Shown here piece by piece: positions 1-10,805 of a stretch of DNA of 64,000 bases. This stretch comes from an uncultured Anaerolineaceae bacterium (GTDB lineage: Bacteria > Chloroflexota > Anaerolineae > Anaerolineales > UBA4823): the NCBI GenBank assembly GCA_964547225.1, contig CAZJMV010000113.1:2543-66542 (forward strand), in the 5' to 3' direction. How positions within the stretch are numbered: position 1 is the first letter of the stretch; the number at the start of each line of letters is the position of its first letter. Both the position numbers and the translations under genes were made by a program. The notes beneath the pieces are model-generated. The model searched no databases, had not been told where the DNA came from, and saw only the letters and a program-made list of their open reading frames with translations.

Positions 1-1098
1 TTCTGCTTTCAATTTTTTGATGAATTCTTCAGCATTTTGCTCTTCTACAAGGTTAATCGTACAACCACCAAAACCAGCGCCTGTTAACCTTGCCCCAATA
101 CAACCAGGTATTTTCCGTGTAAGCTCGACTAATAAATCCAATTCTGGGGTGCTAACTTCGTATAAATCTCGCAAACTATTATGACCTGAATACATTAAAG
201 CCCCAAAAGCTTTTTTATCGTTTCTTTGCAATGCACTTAATGCCGATTCTACACGTGCGATTTCCTTGACGATATGCTCTGCCCTTTTACGGGGAATTTC
301 AGGGATAAAAGCGCTAAGGGCAGCAAATTCGGTTGGTGTTACATCTCGCAAGGATTGTATATTGGGTAAATATTCTTGTAAATATTTTACAGCTTCTTCA
401 CAGGAAGCGCGCCTATCATTATAGGCGGAATTGGTTAAAGCCCTTCGTTGTCCGGAATCAGCTATGATGAGCGCTGTTCCATGGGGTAATGGTGCTGCTT
501 CCCAATCCAAACTGCGAATATCAAAATAAAGGGCGTGTCCTTCGACACCACAAGCGCTCGCAAATTGATCCATTAATCCACAAGATAAGCCTACATAATC
601 ATTTTCAGCTTTCTGGCATATTCTTGCCAAAGATAAGCTATCTAAATCCCATTTTTCTATTGCCTGCCATAGAGTTCCAAAAGCCACTTCTAGTGCTGCT
701 GAAGAAGAAAGTCCCGCACCGATGGGAATATTGGAAGTGATGATTGCTTTGACACCAGAAACACTCAATCCGGCATTTTTTAGCGCCCAAGCTACACCAG
801 CGGGATAAAGAGCCCAGTTCGGTAATGAATTTCCTGTAATGTCTGTTTTTCTTTCGAGATCTGAAAGATGAAAACTCGTTGAATCATCCAAATCAATCGC
901 ATATAGGGTAACACAATCATTTTCTTGAGGACTACTTGCTATAAAAACGGAACGATTTATCGCGGCAGGTAAAACGATCCCATCATTGTAATCAACATGT
1001 TCTCCAAGTAGATTCACACGACCTGGAGCTTGAACGATCATTTCTGGATCGTGATGAAATTTTTTTCCAAATAATGATACTAATTCTTCTCTTTTCAT
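1..1098 (-). CDS. galK: Galactokinase, C-terminus outside window
   Basis: Absent from the ORF track because it runs off the edge. My reverse-strand translation from ATG 1098-1096 reads MKREELVSLFGKKFHHDPEMIVQAPGRVNLLGEHVDYNDG... It has the galactokinase signature GRVNLLGEHVDYN and the GHMP motif PIGAGLSSSAALEVA. The frame is open for 366 codons down to position 1. Confidence 0.9.
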   Translation of the reverse strand, partial: MKREELVSLFGKKFHHDPEMIVQAPGRVNLLGEHVDYNDGIVLPAAINRSVFIASSPQENDCVTLYAIDLDDSTSFHLSDLERKTDITGNSLPNWALYPAGVAWALKNAGLSVSGVKAIITSNIPIGAGLSSSAALEVAFGTLWQAIEKWDLDSLSLARICQKAENDYVGLSCGLMDQFASACGVEGHALYFDIRSLDWEAAPLPHGTALIIADSGQRRALTNSAYNDRRASCEEAVKYLQEYLPNIQSLRDVTPTEFAALSAFIPEIPRKRAEHIVKEIARVESALSALQRNDKKAFGALMYSGHNSLRDLYEVSTPELDLLVELTRKIPGCIGARLTGAGFGGCTINLVEEQNAEEFIKKLKAE

Positions 1099-1280
1099 TT
1101 AATCACTAATTCAAATAGGTTGCCGGCTATAATTAAAACTAATAATACTACGATAATGATATTATTTCCCTTTTGCGCAGCGAAAAATAAAAAAATCGAT
1201 GGGATAGTTATTATTAAAAATACAAAAAGGTTTGCTTCAAATTTGTGAGTTTGTAACCATTTGAATGAAGATTTCATCAT
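1095..1280 (-). CDS. Small hypothetical membrane protein (61 aa, two hydrophobic segments)
   Basis: ORF track. Hydrophobic stretches LFVFLIITIPSIFLFFAA and IIIVVLLVLIIAGNLF. Its TGA overlaps the galK ATG (ATGA at 1095-1098). No family recognised. Confidence 0.4.
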   Translation of the reverse strand: MMKSSFKWLQTHKFEANLFVFLIITIPSIFLFFAAQKGNNIIIVVLLVLIIAGNLFELVIK

Positions 1281-1363
1281 GATTTCCTATTTTGATTTGT
1301 TTTGATAAGATGCAAAAAACTTGTAAATAAATCCTATCCTTATTCTCAAACTTGAAAAAATCT

Positions 1364-1924
1364 CTACTTTCTTTGGTCAAAGGTAAAAGCACCTTCGAAA
1401 TTTTCGCTAGCCTGGTTGCTTTTCGCGCTCCATTCATTAATTATTATTTTAATCACAGCCGTGCCATTAATTTCTTCAGACGTGATCTCTGGATAGTCTT
1501 TTCCAGACTTGTGATTGGGAAAATATTTTTGTATTAGTAACGTTAAACCGTGGATTCTTTCGCTCAGATCACATAATATTTCTGCGTGTCCAAAGATCAC
1601 AACACTGGCATATTCTGCACTGAAATTACATGCTTGCTTTCCAGGTAATAATCGTCCCATTATAGAGGTTGTGAAGCAAATTTTGTTATTCGATTGTATA
1701 TTACTTGGGGTACGACCGATTTCCGCATTATGAAGATAGAGAGCATGGTTATCTGAATCATACACAAAAAAATTTGTTTGTACAAAAGGTTGATCTTTAT
1801 CAACGGTGCAAAGAACACCACTAGGAGAATTTTCAAGGAAGGAGCGAATCCAATCATCATCGAGTACCGCCCGATCTTTACGTCGTATTTTGGACAGATT
1901 GCTTTGGTTGTGTTTTTCGGTCAA
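1364..1924 (-). CDS. Pyridoxamine 5'-phosphate oxidase-like FMN-binding family protein
   Basis: The N-terminus IRRKDRAVLDDDWIRSFLENSPSGVLCTVDKDQPFVQTNFFVYD matches the usual start of the PNPOx-like (Pyridox_ox_2 type) family. Size of 186 aa fits. Confidence 0.65.
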   Translation of the reverse strand: MTEKHNQSNLSKIRRKDRAVLDDDWIRSFLENSPSGVLCTVDKDQPFVQTNFFVYDSDNHALYLHNAEIGRTPSNIQSNNKICFTTSIMGRLLPGKQACNFSAEYASVVIFGHAEILCDLSERIHGLTLLIQKYFPNHKSGKDYPEITSEEINGTAVIKIIINEWSAKSNQASENFEGAFTFDQRK

Positions 1925-1938
1925 GTACGCGCTCCTCT

Positions 1939-3483
1939 TTAAATTGAATACAGATTATTGATCAAAATAGTACCCACGGTAATGAGGCTGATTAGGATTA
2001 ATAATGAACCAACATAGATCAATAATTTCCGCATTACATCACCTTCATGACCAGCCATTCCAGCTGTACTGGCTCCAACAACCACTTTGGTGGGAGCGAG
2101 AACTGAAGCAAGTGCCGCGCCAGAGGTTTGAGCGGCTAAGATGATCGGTATAGCGTATCCCAATATTTCTGCTGTACGCATTTGTAAAACCCCAAATACG
2201 ACATTAGAATTTGTATTGCTTCCAGTCATAAATGCACCCAGAGCTCCGATCCAAGGTGAAACAAGTGGAAATAAACTACCCACTCCTTCCGCTAATCCAT
2301 GTGCTATGTTTTCGGTCATTCCAACATGTTGCATGACAACAGCCATGGTGACCATAGAAGCAATACTCACACTAGATGACATCACCTTTTGAACAGTCCC
2401 GCTAATGATCCTTCCAACTGCGCCTGGTTGATAAAGACCAGCCAATTGATAGACAAAATAAGCAAAAATGGAAGAGTAAACCAGTATCATTCCTGTATGT
2501 CCAATCGTCAAGAGTTTTCTCCCTGGTTCTGCAGATGTGGTATAACCAAGATTGGAGATGATTTCTGGAAAGTCAGTTTGTATATAATAATTACCAAGCC
2601 AATTCTTTACAGAGGGAATTAGCTGAAAGATCAGTGTAAGCAGGATCAAAATTAAATAACCAGAAACAGCGATGAACAACAACTTATAATCTAACATTCC
2701 GTTGTTGTTTTTTACTTTTCGGCGTGTTTGGATTGCTAAAGGGAAACCAACTAACAGACCGGTCATACCTGCAATAAATGAACCAATATTCCAAGGACCT
2801 GATATCGTGACGAAGAATTGCGTAATTGCCATGGTTAAACCTAGAACAAGAATATGAAACCATAATCGTCTTATGGCTAGCCATCCTTCTGCGGCGTGGA
2901 CAACCAAATACCCTGTCAATAGACAAGCGCTTCCCAAAAAGAAAGCTGAGGGTGCAGCTAATAATTCTTCAGATACATCGGTTGCTGCTAATAATGCATT
3001 GAACGATGACCCCATAGAGCCAAAAGTGACAGCCCAACCGTGACCGATAGAAGGGATGACGACACCCGAGAGTGGAGTGAAGCCCAAACCAACCAGAATT
3101 GGTGCGATGACTGCAACCGGTACACCGAAGCCGCCAACGCCTTGTAGAAAAGAAGCAAATACCCATCCGATGAGTAATGCTTGCATACCACGATCAGGGG
3201 TAAGGTGTGGTAATGCTTTCCCAATTGTTTGTACAGCACCAGCTTCATCCGCTACTCGATACATTAGAAATGCTGCCCAGATGATTAGAAGTACGTCCAT
3301 TGCAAGAAAGAAGGCTTTTGCATGGGCATATGCGAGGAGGTCGAGGTTTGCTCCAAAAAAAAAGATTGACACGATCATAGCACACAGATAACCTGCAGCT
3401 CCAGCCCGTGCTGCTCCCCAACGATAACCGACCATCAACAGAAGAATCAACACGATTGGTGTGAGTGCTAAGATGAAGTGCAT
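1939..3483 (-). CDS. L-lactate/glycolate permease (LctP family)
   Basis: 514-aa polytopic membrane protein. GWVFASFLQGVGGFGVPVAVIAPILVGLGF resembles the conserved LctP core. Lies 14 bp upstream of the PNPOx-like gene. Confidence 0.8.
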   Translation of the reverse strand: MHFILALTPIVLILLLMVGYRWGAARAGAAGYLCAMIVSIFFFGANLDLLAYAHAKAFFLAMDVLLIIWAAFLMYRVADEAGAVQTIGKALPHLTPDRGMQALLIGWVFASFLQGVGGFGVPVAVIAPILVGLGFTPLSGVVIPSIGHGWAVTFGSMGSSFNALLAATDVSEELLAAPSAFFLGSACLLTGYLVVHAAEGWLAIRRLWFHILVLGLTMAITQFFVTISGPWNIGSFIAGMTGLLVGFPLAIQTRRKVKNNNGMLDYKLLFIAVSGYLILILLTLIFQLIPSVKNWLGNYYIQTDFPEIISNLGYTTSAEPGRKLLTIGHTGMILVYSSIFAYFVYQLAGLYQPGAVGRIISGTVQKVMSSSVSIASMVTMAVVMQHVGMTENIAHGLAEGVGSLFPLVSPWIGALGAFMTGSNTNSNVVFGVLQMRTAEILGYAIPIILAAQTSGAALASVLAPTKVVVGASTAGMAGHEGDVMRKLLIYVGSLLILISLITVGTILINNLYSI

Positions 3484-3495
3484 ATATTATGTCCT

Positions 3496-4491
3496 TTAAG
3501 TAAATTTGGTTTTTCTATATTTGCTATATAGTTGAATGAGTAGGATACTCAATAGTAATGCTGGAATTAATACTAAACCTGCTTCTGGACCAAAGTTCCC
3601 GCCGGTGATTATTTCGGGACCTATCGGTTTTTGATAAATCAACACGAAGCTTTCTGTTCCACTTACTGGAAATCCAAATATTGAACCTTGAAAGAAATTC
3701 CATCCTAGATGAAGTCCAATCGGTAACCAGAGTTGATGAGTCACTAAATAGGAGTAGGAAAGGAATATCCCAGCTATCGTGATCCCGATCAATGATTTCC
3801 AAGAAGCATGTGGGTTGAGGAAATGAAGGGCTGAAAATAAGAACGATGATGTTAATACCCCCATTAATATGGAACTTCCTTCGATCAAGTTTTGAAGGTG
3901 ATATCCTCGACTTAGCAATTCTTCTTGCCATGCAACTGCGATGTAGAGAAGTAAATCTAAACCTAATCCTTTAATGATCTCTTGGCTTGTATGTTTATTC
4001 CATGAGAAGTCATCAATGGTTAGCCAGCCAAAATACCACTCAATGAAAAAAATTAATCCCATCATTAAAGCTGGGATCAGAAAACCAATTATCAAGTCAG
4101 GGATGGTTGAAGGGTTGAGCTTTATCCCAAGTGTGGTAAAGGGACGTTTATCGAGAAATCTTCTGGATAAATAAATGCTACTTGTAATAGCCACTAAGCT
4201 AACCCCAATACCAAAAATTAGGTCCAGCTCCTCAATAGACCATCCAAAAATGGACATAATCACAAAAGGTATACTTGCAACGAATAAAAAAAATAATAAT
4301 AAACTACTTTGAATTAATATTCGCCATCCAGAACGGAAGCGATTGTCGATCGGGGAGAATAATAGTTTAGAAAGCAGCGGAAGTGTTTTGTTTTCCATAT
4401 TAAAAAGTTTACCAGGATAACGGAAATTCTGTCTATGAAAAAGTTGCTCTCCTGCAAGAAGTTGTTGTGATTTGTTGTAAGAACTACACAA
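3496..4491 (-). CDS. CPBP family intramembrane glutamic endopeptidase (CAAX protease-like)
   Basis: Motifs EELLSRGY and FSALHFLNP within a multi-TM protein. The start may instead be the internal ATG at 4398 (MENKTLP). Confidence 0.8.
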   Translation of the reverse strand: MCSSYNKSQQLLAGEQLFHRQNFRYPGKLFNMENKTLPLLSKLLFSPIDNRFRSGWRILIQSSLLLFFLFVASIPFVIMSIFGWSIEELDLIFGIGVSLVAITSSIYLSRRFLDKRPFTTLGIKLNPSTIPDLIIGFLIPALMMGLIFFIEWYFGWLTIDDFSWNKHTSQEIIKGLGLDLLLYIAVAWQEELLSRGYHLQNLIEGSSILMGVLTSSFLFSALHFLNPHASWKSLIGITIAGIFLSYSYLVTHQLWLPIGLHLGWNFFQGSIFGFPVSGTESFVLIYQKPIGPEIITGGNFGPEAGLVLIPALLLSILLIQLYSKYRKTKFT

Positions 4492-4549
4492 TAAAACCCG
4501 AGAAATTCGCCTCGGGTTATGGAAACTTGAGAAATATTCTTAAGAAAAA

Positions 4550-4921
4550 TCACCGTTCCTTTTCATCAACTAAGAGAATGGATAGGACAAAGGAGATGAT
4601 ACTAATTACGATAGAACCGAATAGCGCTGGGAAAAAACCATCCACATAAAATTGAAGTCCGAATTGTTGAGAGACCCAAGCGGTCAAACTTAATGTCATT
4701 GCGTTAATGACAAGCATGAATAAACCTAGCGTGAGGACTACGCAACCGCATGAAAAGAATGTCAATATGGGTCGAATGACTGCATTCATAAAGCCTAAAA
4801 TTATTGCTACGATTGCTATCGTGATAAAACCATTATCTCCTTCAACGCGGATACCTGGTATTAACCAAGCGGTTAAAAAAATTGATACCGCTACAATTAA
4901 CCACCTTATTATTAACTTCAT
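4550..4921 (-). CDS. Phage holin family 4 / DUF360-type small membrane protein
   Basis: MKLIIRWLIVAVSIFLTAWLIPGIRV... with 3-4 TM segments, typical of the YvlD/DUF360 family. Start moved to ATG 4921, which follows AGGAGG by 6 nt. The ORF track starts at 4978. Confidence 0.6.
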   Translation of the reverse strand: MKLIIRWLIVAVSIFLTAWLIPGIRVEGDNGFITIAIVAIILGFMNAVIRPILTFFSCGCVVLTLGLFMLVINAMTLSLTAWVSQQFGLQFYVDGFFPALFGSIVISIISFVLSILLVDEKER

Positions 4922-4988
4922 CGGGAACCTCCTAAAGACGGTATATCTAATTATTATTGATTTTAGTGTTTCAGTCAATAATATTTAT

Positions 4989-5021
4989 AGAGAAAGGTCT
5001 GAAAAAACCCGACCTTTCTCT
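4989..5021 (-). terminator. Perfect 11-bp stem hairpin downstream of the Pat-like gene
   Basis: AGAGAAAGGTC (4989-4999) pairs with GACCTTTCTCT (5011-5021) across an 11-nt loop. It lies 18 nt after the stop at 5039. The trailing sequence on the minus strand is A/T-rich but is not a clean U-run. Confidence 0.45.
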
Positions 5022-5038
5022 ATTCAGCCAATTTACTT

Positions 5039-7795
5039 TTATAACGCTAACTCCATCTTCGTCATGCCTTCATCGGTTTCTGAGAAGGTAAAACCAAATC
5101 TTTTCCCTAATGCTTGCATTGATTCATTATCAGAAGTCATTATTGCTTCTAGGCATTTGATTTTCTCTTCTCTTGCGATAGGAATTAATTTTTCCATCAA
5201 CTCGCTTCCAATTCCCATTCCTTGACATAGATCGCTAATTAATAAGCTAAATCGAGCTCGATCAGTCCCATGTAGCTTTGTCATACGAAGAGCCCCCATT
5301 ATGCGCAGTTCACCTTCTTTTGCATCTTCATGATCAGCAATAATTGTAATTTCACGTTCATAATCGCAGTGACAAATTCGGGAAAGGCGTTCATGCGCTG
5401 CTCGATCGCTTAGCAGCATTGGGTGAAGGTACCGTAAGTAAACGCTCCTATCTGAAAGCGTTGCATGAAATTGTACAATTAATGGCTCGTCTTCTGCTCG
5501 GATAGGGCGAATAGTAATATTTTTTCCGTCTTTTGTTTTCCAGTAGCTGATGTATTGAACAGGATAAGGTCGGATAGCGAGCTGTGGTAATTCACTTTCC
5601 TTGACTTCTTTTCCAAAAAGAAGAACACGGGCATCCAAGGATAAGATTTGCTCAGAAGAGGCGATTAGTGGATTAATATCCAATTCTTTAATCCATCGTT
5701 GTTCTGATATCAAATTGCTGAATCTGACTAAAATGCGTTCTAGGTCTTGAAGATTTACTGATTTCTCTCCTCGTACTCCTTTAAGAGCATTATATATCTT
5801 CGTATGTTCCATCATACGTCTTGCTAGGGTAGTGTTGAGAGGCGGGATACCAAGTGAACTATCTTTGAAGACTTCTACAAGGGTACCACCCATCCCAAAT
5901 AAAATGACAGGTCCGAATTGAGAGTCTATGCTACTGCCTAAGATTAATTCGTATCCTTTGAGACTCGCCATTGGTTGAACAGTTACACCTAAGAAATGGG
6001 ATTTGCCAGATTCATCCACTTTTCCAACATGCTCAGTCAAGGTCTTTTTTATTGATGTAAAAGCTTTCTTAACTTCCTCAGCATCATTAAGATTGAGTTG
6101 AACGCCACCGACATCCGATTTATGAGTGATTGTTTCTGAATGGAGTTTTAGTACAACCGGGTAACCGATTTCTTCTGCCGCTTCAATGGCTGCATCAGAG
6201 GTTTTTGCTATCCTTGTTTCGACTGTTGGAATACCATAGGCTGAAAGAAGTTCTTTAGATTCGAACTCAGTTAAAATCGTACGTCCATCTTTGCGCGCAT
6301 CTTCAATTATTTTTTTGGCTTTTTCTGTTTGCGGTGGATTCTTCTCATCGATTGCAATAATTGGTGTCTCGTAAAGCCGTTGAAGGATTGCCGTGTAGTT
6401 AGCCATATAATCAAACATCTGTGCTGCCGTATCGGGATAAGGGAAGGCGGGGATATTGGCTTGATTTAGAATATTTTCTCCTGATGAGACACCATCCCCC
6501 CCCATCCAACTACAGATAATTGGTTTTTCGAGTGAATTCGCGAAGGGAACAATTTCCTGTGCTGTTTTGGTCGGATCGGTCATATCCTGTGGGGTTAGAA
6601 TGACCATCAATCCGTCACTATTTGGATCTTTTGCAGCGATTTCGATTGATTTGGCATATCTCTCTGGGCTAGCATCTCCAAGGATATCCACTGGGTTATT
6701 GTGACTCCATGCGTCAGGAAGAATTTCATCAAACGCTTTCATGGTCTCATCAGATAAGACCGCTAATTCACCTCCGTGTGTGATCAATGCGTCGGTTGCT
6801 AATACACCAGGTCCACCAGCATTTGTGAGTATTGTTAAACGATTACCTTGAGGTTTGGGTTGTTTTGAGAGCACTTCAGCTAAGTAGAATAAATCTGAAA
6901 TCCCGACAACTCGTAAGACTCCACTACGACGAAAAGCAACTTCTAGAACTTCATCACTTCCTGTCAGCGAACCGGTATGGGAAGCAGCTGCTTTTGCTGC
7001 CCCGGCAGTTCGCCCTGGTTTGATCACGATGATCGGTTTAACATTGGCAACTTCTCTAGCTGCAGAGAGGAAAGCGCGTGCATCACCAATCGTTTCCATA
7101 TAAATTACAATGCTTTCTGTATTGGGATCATCTCCAAGATAATAAATAAGGTCACCCCAACCAACATCAAGCATAGAACCTACCGAAACGAAATGACTAA
7201 AACCAACATTCTCACGTAAACTCCAATCTAGGACTGCTGTACATAGTGCGCCACTTTGACTGATAAAACCTACAGATCCTTTGTGTGCCATGGAAGCAGC
7301 AAATGTTGCATTCATCCCGCTGACCGGGCTCATAACCCCTAGGCAGTTAGGTCCGATAATGCGCATTTTGCCACGTTCTGCATGCTCTAAGATTTGATTT
7401 TCTAATTCGACTCCTTCAGGTCCTGTCTCTTTGAAGCCGGCTGAAATAATGATTGCACCTCTAACCCCATTCTCGACACAATCCGAGATGATGCCGGGCA
7501 CTGTTTTAGCAGGGGTTACTATGACAGCAAGATCGACAGGTTCTGGTAAGTCACTGATATGTGGATAAGCTTTGACACCTAATACACTAGCTCTTTTTGG
7601 ATTTACAGGAAATACAGCGCCTCCGAAAGGGTTTCTGACTAGATTCCACATAATCGTTCGACCGACCGAGTTTGGAGTTTCGGATGCACCGATAACTGCA
7701 ACATTTTTAGGAGAGAAAATTGAATTTAATGCGATATGCTTGTAATGAAGTACGTCATGAGCTGGATCATAGGCATGTGTTTTAGCTTTTATCAT
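5039..7795 (-). CDS. Bifunctional ADP-forming acetyl-CoA synthetase-like / GNAT acetyltransferase (Pat/YfiQ-type protein lysine acetyltransferase)
   Basis: 918 aa. It has an N-terminal CoA-binding and succinyl-CoA-ligase-like region ([21 protein letters not shown]), an ATP-grasp section, and a C-terminal GNAT ([14 protein letters not shown]). Confidence 0.85.
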   Translation of the reverse strand: MIKAKTHAYDPAHDVLHYKHIALNSIFSPKNVAVIGASETPNSVGRTIMWNLVRNPFGGAVFPVNPKRASVLGVKAYPHISDLPEPVDLAVIVTPAKTVPGIISDCVENGVRGAIIISAGFKETGPEGVELENQILEHAERGKMRIIGPNCLGVMSPVSGMNATFAASMAHKGSVGFISQSGALCTAVLDWSLRENVGFSHFVSVGSMLDVGWGDLIYYLGDDPNTESIVIYMETIGDARAFLSAAREVANVKPIIVIKPGRTAGAAKAAASHTGSLTGSDEVLEVAFRRSGVLRVVGISDLFYLAEVLSKQPKPQGNRLTILTNAGGPGVLATDALITHGGELAVLSDETMKAFDEILPDAWSHNNPVDILGDASPERYAKSIEIAAKDPNSDGLMVILTPQDMTDPTKTAQEIVPFANSLEKPIICSWMGGDGVSSGENILNQANIPAFPYPDTAAQMFDYMANYTAILQRLYETPIIAIDEKNPPQTEKAKKIIEDARKDGRTILTEFESKELLSAYGIPTVETRIAKTSDAAIEAAEEIGYPVVLKLHSETITHKSDVGGVQLNLNDAEEVKKAFTSIKKTLTEHVGKVDESGKSHFLGVTVQPMASLKGYELILGSSIDSQFGPVILFGMGGTLVEVFKDSSLGIPPLNTTLARRMMEHTKIYNALKGVRGEKSVNLQDLERILVRFSNLISEQRWIKELDINPLIASSEQILSLDARVLLFGKEVKESELPQLAIRPYPVQYISYWKTKDGKNITIRPIRAEDEPLIVQFHATLSDRSVYLRYLHPMLLSDRAAHERLSRICHCDYEREITIIADHEDAKEGELRIMGALRMTKLHGTDRARFSLLISDLCQGMGIGSELMEKLIPIAREEKIKCLEAIMTSDNESMQALGKRFGFTFSETDEGMTKMELAL

Positions 7796-8059
7796 TTTTT
7801 ATAAACCTTTTTTTCTGAATCGATTAGATATTTTATATGGTATTTTCATTAAGTTCCGGTAACAAATGTAACTGATAATCAATGAATTATTTCATAGCTT
7901 ATTTTCATCGGTAATTCTAAGTATAATTCTAACCGATAATATTAATAAATAAACTCGACTAATCCATTTCATGAGATATTCTGTGTAATGAAAGCAAGTT
8001 TTGATAATGCTGAAGGTGATTTTTTTAATAACTCTATCTCTCACTAAAAAGGAAAAAAG

Positions 8060-8668
8060 ATGAATTTCTTGAAAAATGTGTTTACCAATAAAAAAAGAGA
8101 TCCAATTATCGTTGTTTCTGGATTACCGAGATCTGGTACCTCAATGATGATGTCAATGTTAAATGCGGGGGGGCTTGAAGTGGTTACAGATAATTTGCGT
8201 ATAGCTGATGAAAATAACCCAAAGGGTTATTTTGAACTTGAGCGAGTAAAGAAATTGAAAGACGGCGATAATCAGTGGCTAGAAGCGGCAAGTGGAAAAA
8301 CAGTAAAAATTATTTCCGCCCTGATAAAATATCTTCCAGAACACTATTCCTATAAGATCATCTTTATGTCTCGTAATATAAATGAAGTCTTGAAGTCACA
8401 GCGCAGGATGCTAGAAAGAGATGGAAAATCAGGGGATGATGTCGATGATCAAATAATGGCTAATTTATTTCATCAGCATTTAGATGATGTAAGTGAATGG
8501 TTAAAAACACAGAAGAATATTCAAGTTCTTAGAATACATTATAATGACATCCTTAAAGAACCCGAATCTCATGTGGAAAAAATTGATATCTTTTTGGGAA
8601 TGGATTTGGATAAAGAAGCGATGATGCGCGTAGTTGAACCTAAGCTTTATCGAGAGCGCATAAAATAA
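8060..8668 (+). CDS. Sulfotransferase family protein
   Basis: A PAPS 5'-phosphosulfate-binding-like motif GLPRSGTSMMMSML near the N-terminus, and a later RNINEVLKS (R-x7-S type) motif. 202 aa. Confidence 0.55.
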   Translation: MNFLKNVFTNKKRDPIIVVSGLPRSGTSMMMSMLNAGGLEVVTDNLRIADENNPKGYFELERVKKLKDGDNQWLEAASGKTVKIISALIKYLPEHYSYKIIFMSRNINEVLKSQRRMLERDGKSGDDVDDQIMANLFHQHLDDVSEWLKTQKNIQVLRIHYNDILKEPESHVEKIDIFLGMDLDKEAMMRVVEPKLYRERIK

Positions 8669-8710
8669 AAGTTTTAGTATTGTTAGTTATTGGATTGGAG
8701 GCTTAAGATC

Positions 8711-10120
8711 AAGATGGATCTTTTTATGCATTCGATGCAAGAGAGAATGAAAGAAGAAGCGCCTTTAGCTGCAAGAATGCGCCCTCGTCAGACATCTGAA
8801 TTTATTGGTCAAGAGCATATTTTAGGCACGGGAAAATTACTTCGTAGATCTATAGAGGCTGATCGACTTTTTTCCTCATTAATTCTTTGGGGACCACCGG
8901 GTTCAGGAAAGACGACTTTAGCGATGGTGATTGCCAATCAAACCAAAAGCCATTTTGAATCACTTTCAGCGGTTTTGGCTGGGAAAGCTGATTTGAGGCA
9001 GGTGATTAGTGATGCCTTAGAGCGTAGGAAGTATTATCAGAAGCAGACGATTTTATTCGTTGATGAAGTCCATCGATGGAACAAAGTCCAACAAGATGCC
9101 TTGCTACCTCATATTGAAAATGGAATAATCATTTTCATTGGTGCGACAACGGAGAATCCTTATTTTGAGGTGATTGGCGCATTGGTCTCTCGCTCACGAA
9201 TTTTTCAACTCTATCCATTAAGAGAATCTGATATTCGCAAAATCCTTTTATCAGCGATAGAAGATAAAGAGCGCGGTTATGGGACTAGGGACATCGTTGT
9301 TGAGGAGGAGGCTCTGCAACATTTTATTCGAGTGGCGGGTGGAGATGCGCGTAATGCCCTCAATGCATTAGAACTGGCAATTGAAAGCACACCGAAAAAT
9401 CCTGTTGGTTCGATAATCATTAATCTAGAAATTGCGCAGGAATCCATTCAGAGAAGAGCTATTCTCTATGATAAAGATGGTGATGTTCATTACGACACCA
9501 TCTCAGCTTTTATTAAGTCGGTGCGGGGATCAGATCCGGATGCGGCGCTGTTTTGGTTGGCGAAGATGTTATATGCTGGTGAAGACCCCAGATTTATCCT
9601 TCGCAGATTGATCATTTTAGCTTCTGAGGATATCGGATTAGCCGATCCAATTGGTTTGGTGATTGCCAGTTCTGCTGCGCAAGCGTTTGATTATGTCGGT
9701 TTACCAGAAGGTGTCTATCCCATTGTAGAAGCAACACTCTACTTAACCACTTCTCCTAAATCAAATTCTGCAGGAGCATATTTTAAAGCGTTTGAGAATA
9801 TTGAAAGGGAAGGGAATGTGAGCGTTCCACAACATTTACAAAATGGAAATAGAGATAGGACAGCTTTAGGTCATGGTAAAGGATATATCTATCCACACGA
9901 ATCGAATGAGCATTTTACACCTCAACAATATCTACCAAAACCATTACTCGGGACTTATTTCTATGAACCAACACAACAAGGATTCGAGAGTGTAATAAAA
10001 GAACGATTAGAGAAATGGCGTGAAGCTCAACGTCAAGCATTGGGAATAACACATGTAACCAATTTACCGTATTTGTCTGAGGAAAAACGAAAGGAAATCA
10101 TGCGAAAACATAGCAAGTGA
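8711..10120 (+). CDS. rarA: Replication-associated recombination protein A (AAA+ ATPase)
   Basis: PLAARMRPRQTSEFIGQEHILG, Walker A GPPGSGKTT, Walker B LFVDEVHRWNK, and a C-terminal MgsA domain (DPDAALFWLAKML). Start set at ATG 8711 downstream of GGAGG. The ORF track starts at TTG 8690. Confidence 0.9.
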   Translation, partial: KMDLFMHSMQERMKEEAPLAARMRPRQTSEFIGQEHILGTGKLLRRSIEADRLFSSLILWGPPGSGKTTLAMVIANQTKSHFESLSAVLAGKADLRQVISDALERRKYYQKQTILFVDEVHRWNKVQQDALLPHIENGIIIFIGATTENPYFEVIGALVSRSRIFQLYPLRESDIRKILLSAIEDKERGYGTRDIVVEEEALQHFIRVAGGDARNALNALELAIESTPKNPVGSIIINLEIAQESIQRRAILYDKDGDVHYDTISAFIKSVRGSDPDAALFWLAKMLYAGEDPRFILRRLIILASEDIGLADPIGLVIASSAAQAFDYVGLPEGVYPIVEATLYLTTSPKSNSAGAYFKAFENIEREGNVSVPQHLQNGNRDRTALGHGKGYIYPHESNEHFTPQQYLPKPLLGTYFYEPTQQGFESVIKERLEKWREAQRQALGITHVTNLPYLSEEKRKEIMRKHSK

Positions 10121-10280
10121 TTTCATTTATTAATGAACATAGGTGAATTCATAGTTTAGTAAAGCAAATTTCTGTCGATTGAATTTACTAAATTATTAAC
10201 CGTTCTCCAAATTTCCGAATAAATAATCCTGGTATACTACAAATAGAGATCTAGCTATAAACTTTTTTGGAGAAATAATT

Positions 10281-10805
10281 TTGACAGAGGTAATTGAATT
10301 AACAAGGATAACTCATATCACGACAGATGCGATCGGAGAACCAGGTAAAAGAGTTTTTTATATTCAAGCCTGGCAAGATCAAAGGTCCATTACCTTAATC
10401 CTTGAAAAGATACAAGTGCAGTCTTTAGCTGTTGGTTATGAACAATTCTTGAAAGAGGTCAAAAAGAAAATTTCTGACATTCAAGATGCAAAATCAAAGT
10501 ATGATGAAGATGAAATGCGGATTCTTCCTCCAGTAGATCCATTATTCAGGGTGGGAGAAATAGGTTTAGGCTATGATGCGAAAAAGGACTTAGTCATTTT
10601 AGAAGCGAAAGAGTTAATTATTGGAGATTTTGAGGAAGATCAACGTCGGATAGTCAAGTACTGGTGTACTCGTTCTCAAATGGCAGCATTATGTCAATGG
10701 GGATTGGAAGTAGCTTCGCGGGGGAGACCAATCTGTCCTCAGTGTGGTGAACCTATGTCTCCGGAAGGACATTTTTGTCCAAAAAAGAATGGTCATAAGC
10801 ACTAG
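10281..10805 (+). CDS. DUF3090 family protein
   Basis: 174 aa. The N-terminus has ITTDAIGEPGKRVFYIQA and the C-terminus has the zinc-ribbon-like CPQCGEPMSPEGHFCPKKNGH, as in the DUF3090 family. TTG start lies 8 nt after GGAG. Confidence 0.7.
   Translation: MTEVIELTRITHITTDAIGEPGKRVFYIQAWQDQRSITLILEKIQVQSLAVGYEQFLKEVKKKISDIQDAKSKYDEDEMRILPPVDPLFRVGEIGLGYDAKKDLVILEAKELIIGDFEEDQRRIVKYWCTRSQMAALCQWGLEVASRGRPICPQCGEPMSPEGHFCPKKNGHKH

Noticed and set aside
489-740. Plus-strand 83-aa ORF, and many similar track ORFs nested antisense or out of frame inside long genes (e.g. 3056-3391, 4707-5225, 17222-17578, 23276-23728, 33184-33609, 56379-56828).
   Set aside because: Each lies wholly inside a longer ORF whose product has clear family motifs (here galK). 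Their translations are low-complexity or compositionally odd. They are best explained as shadow ORFs.
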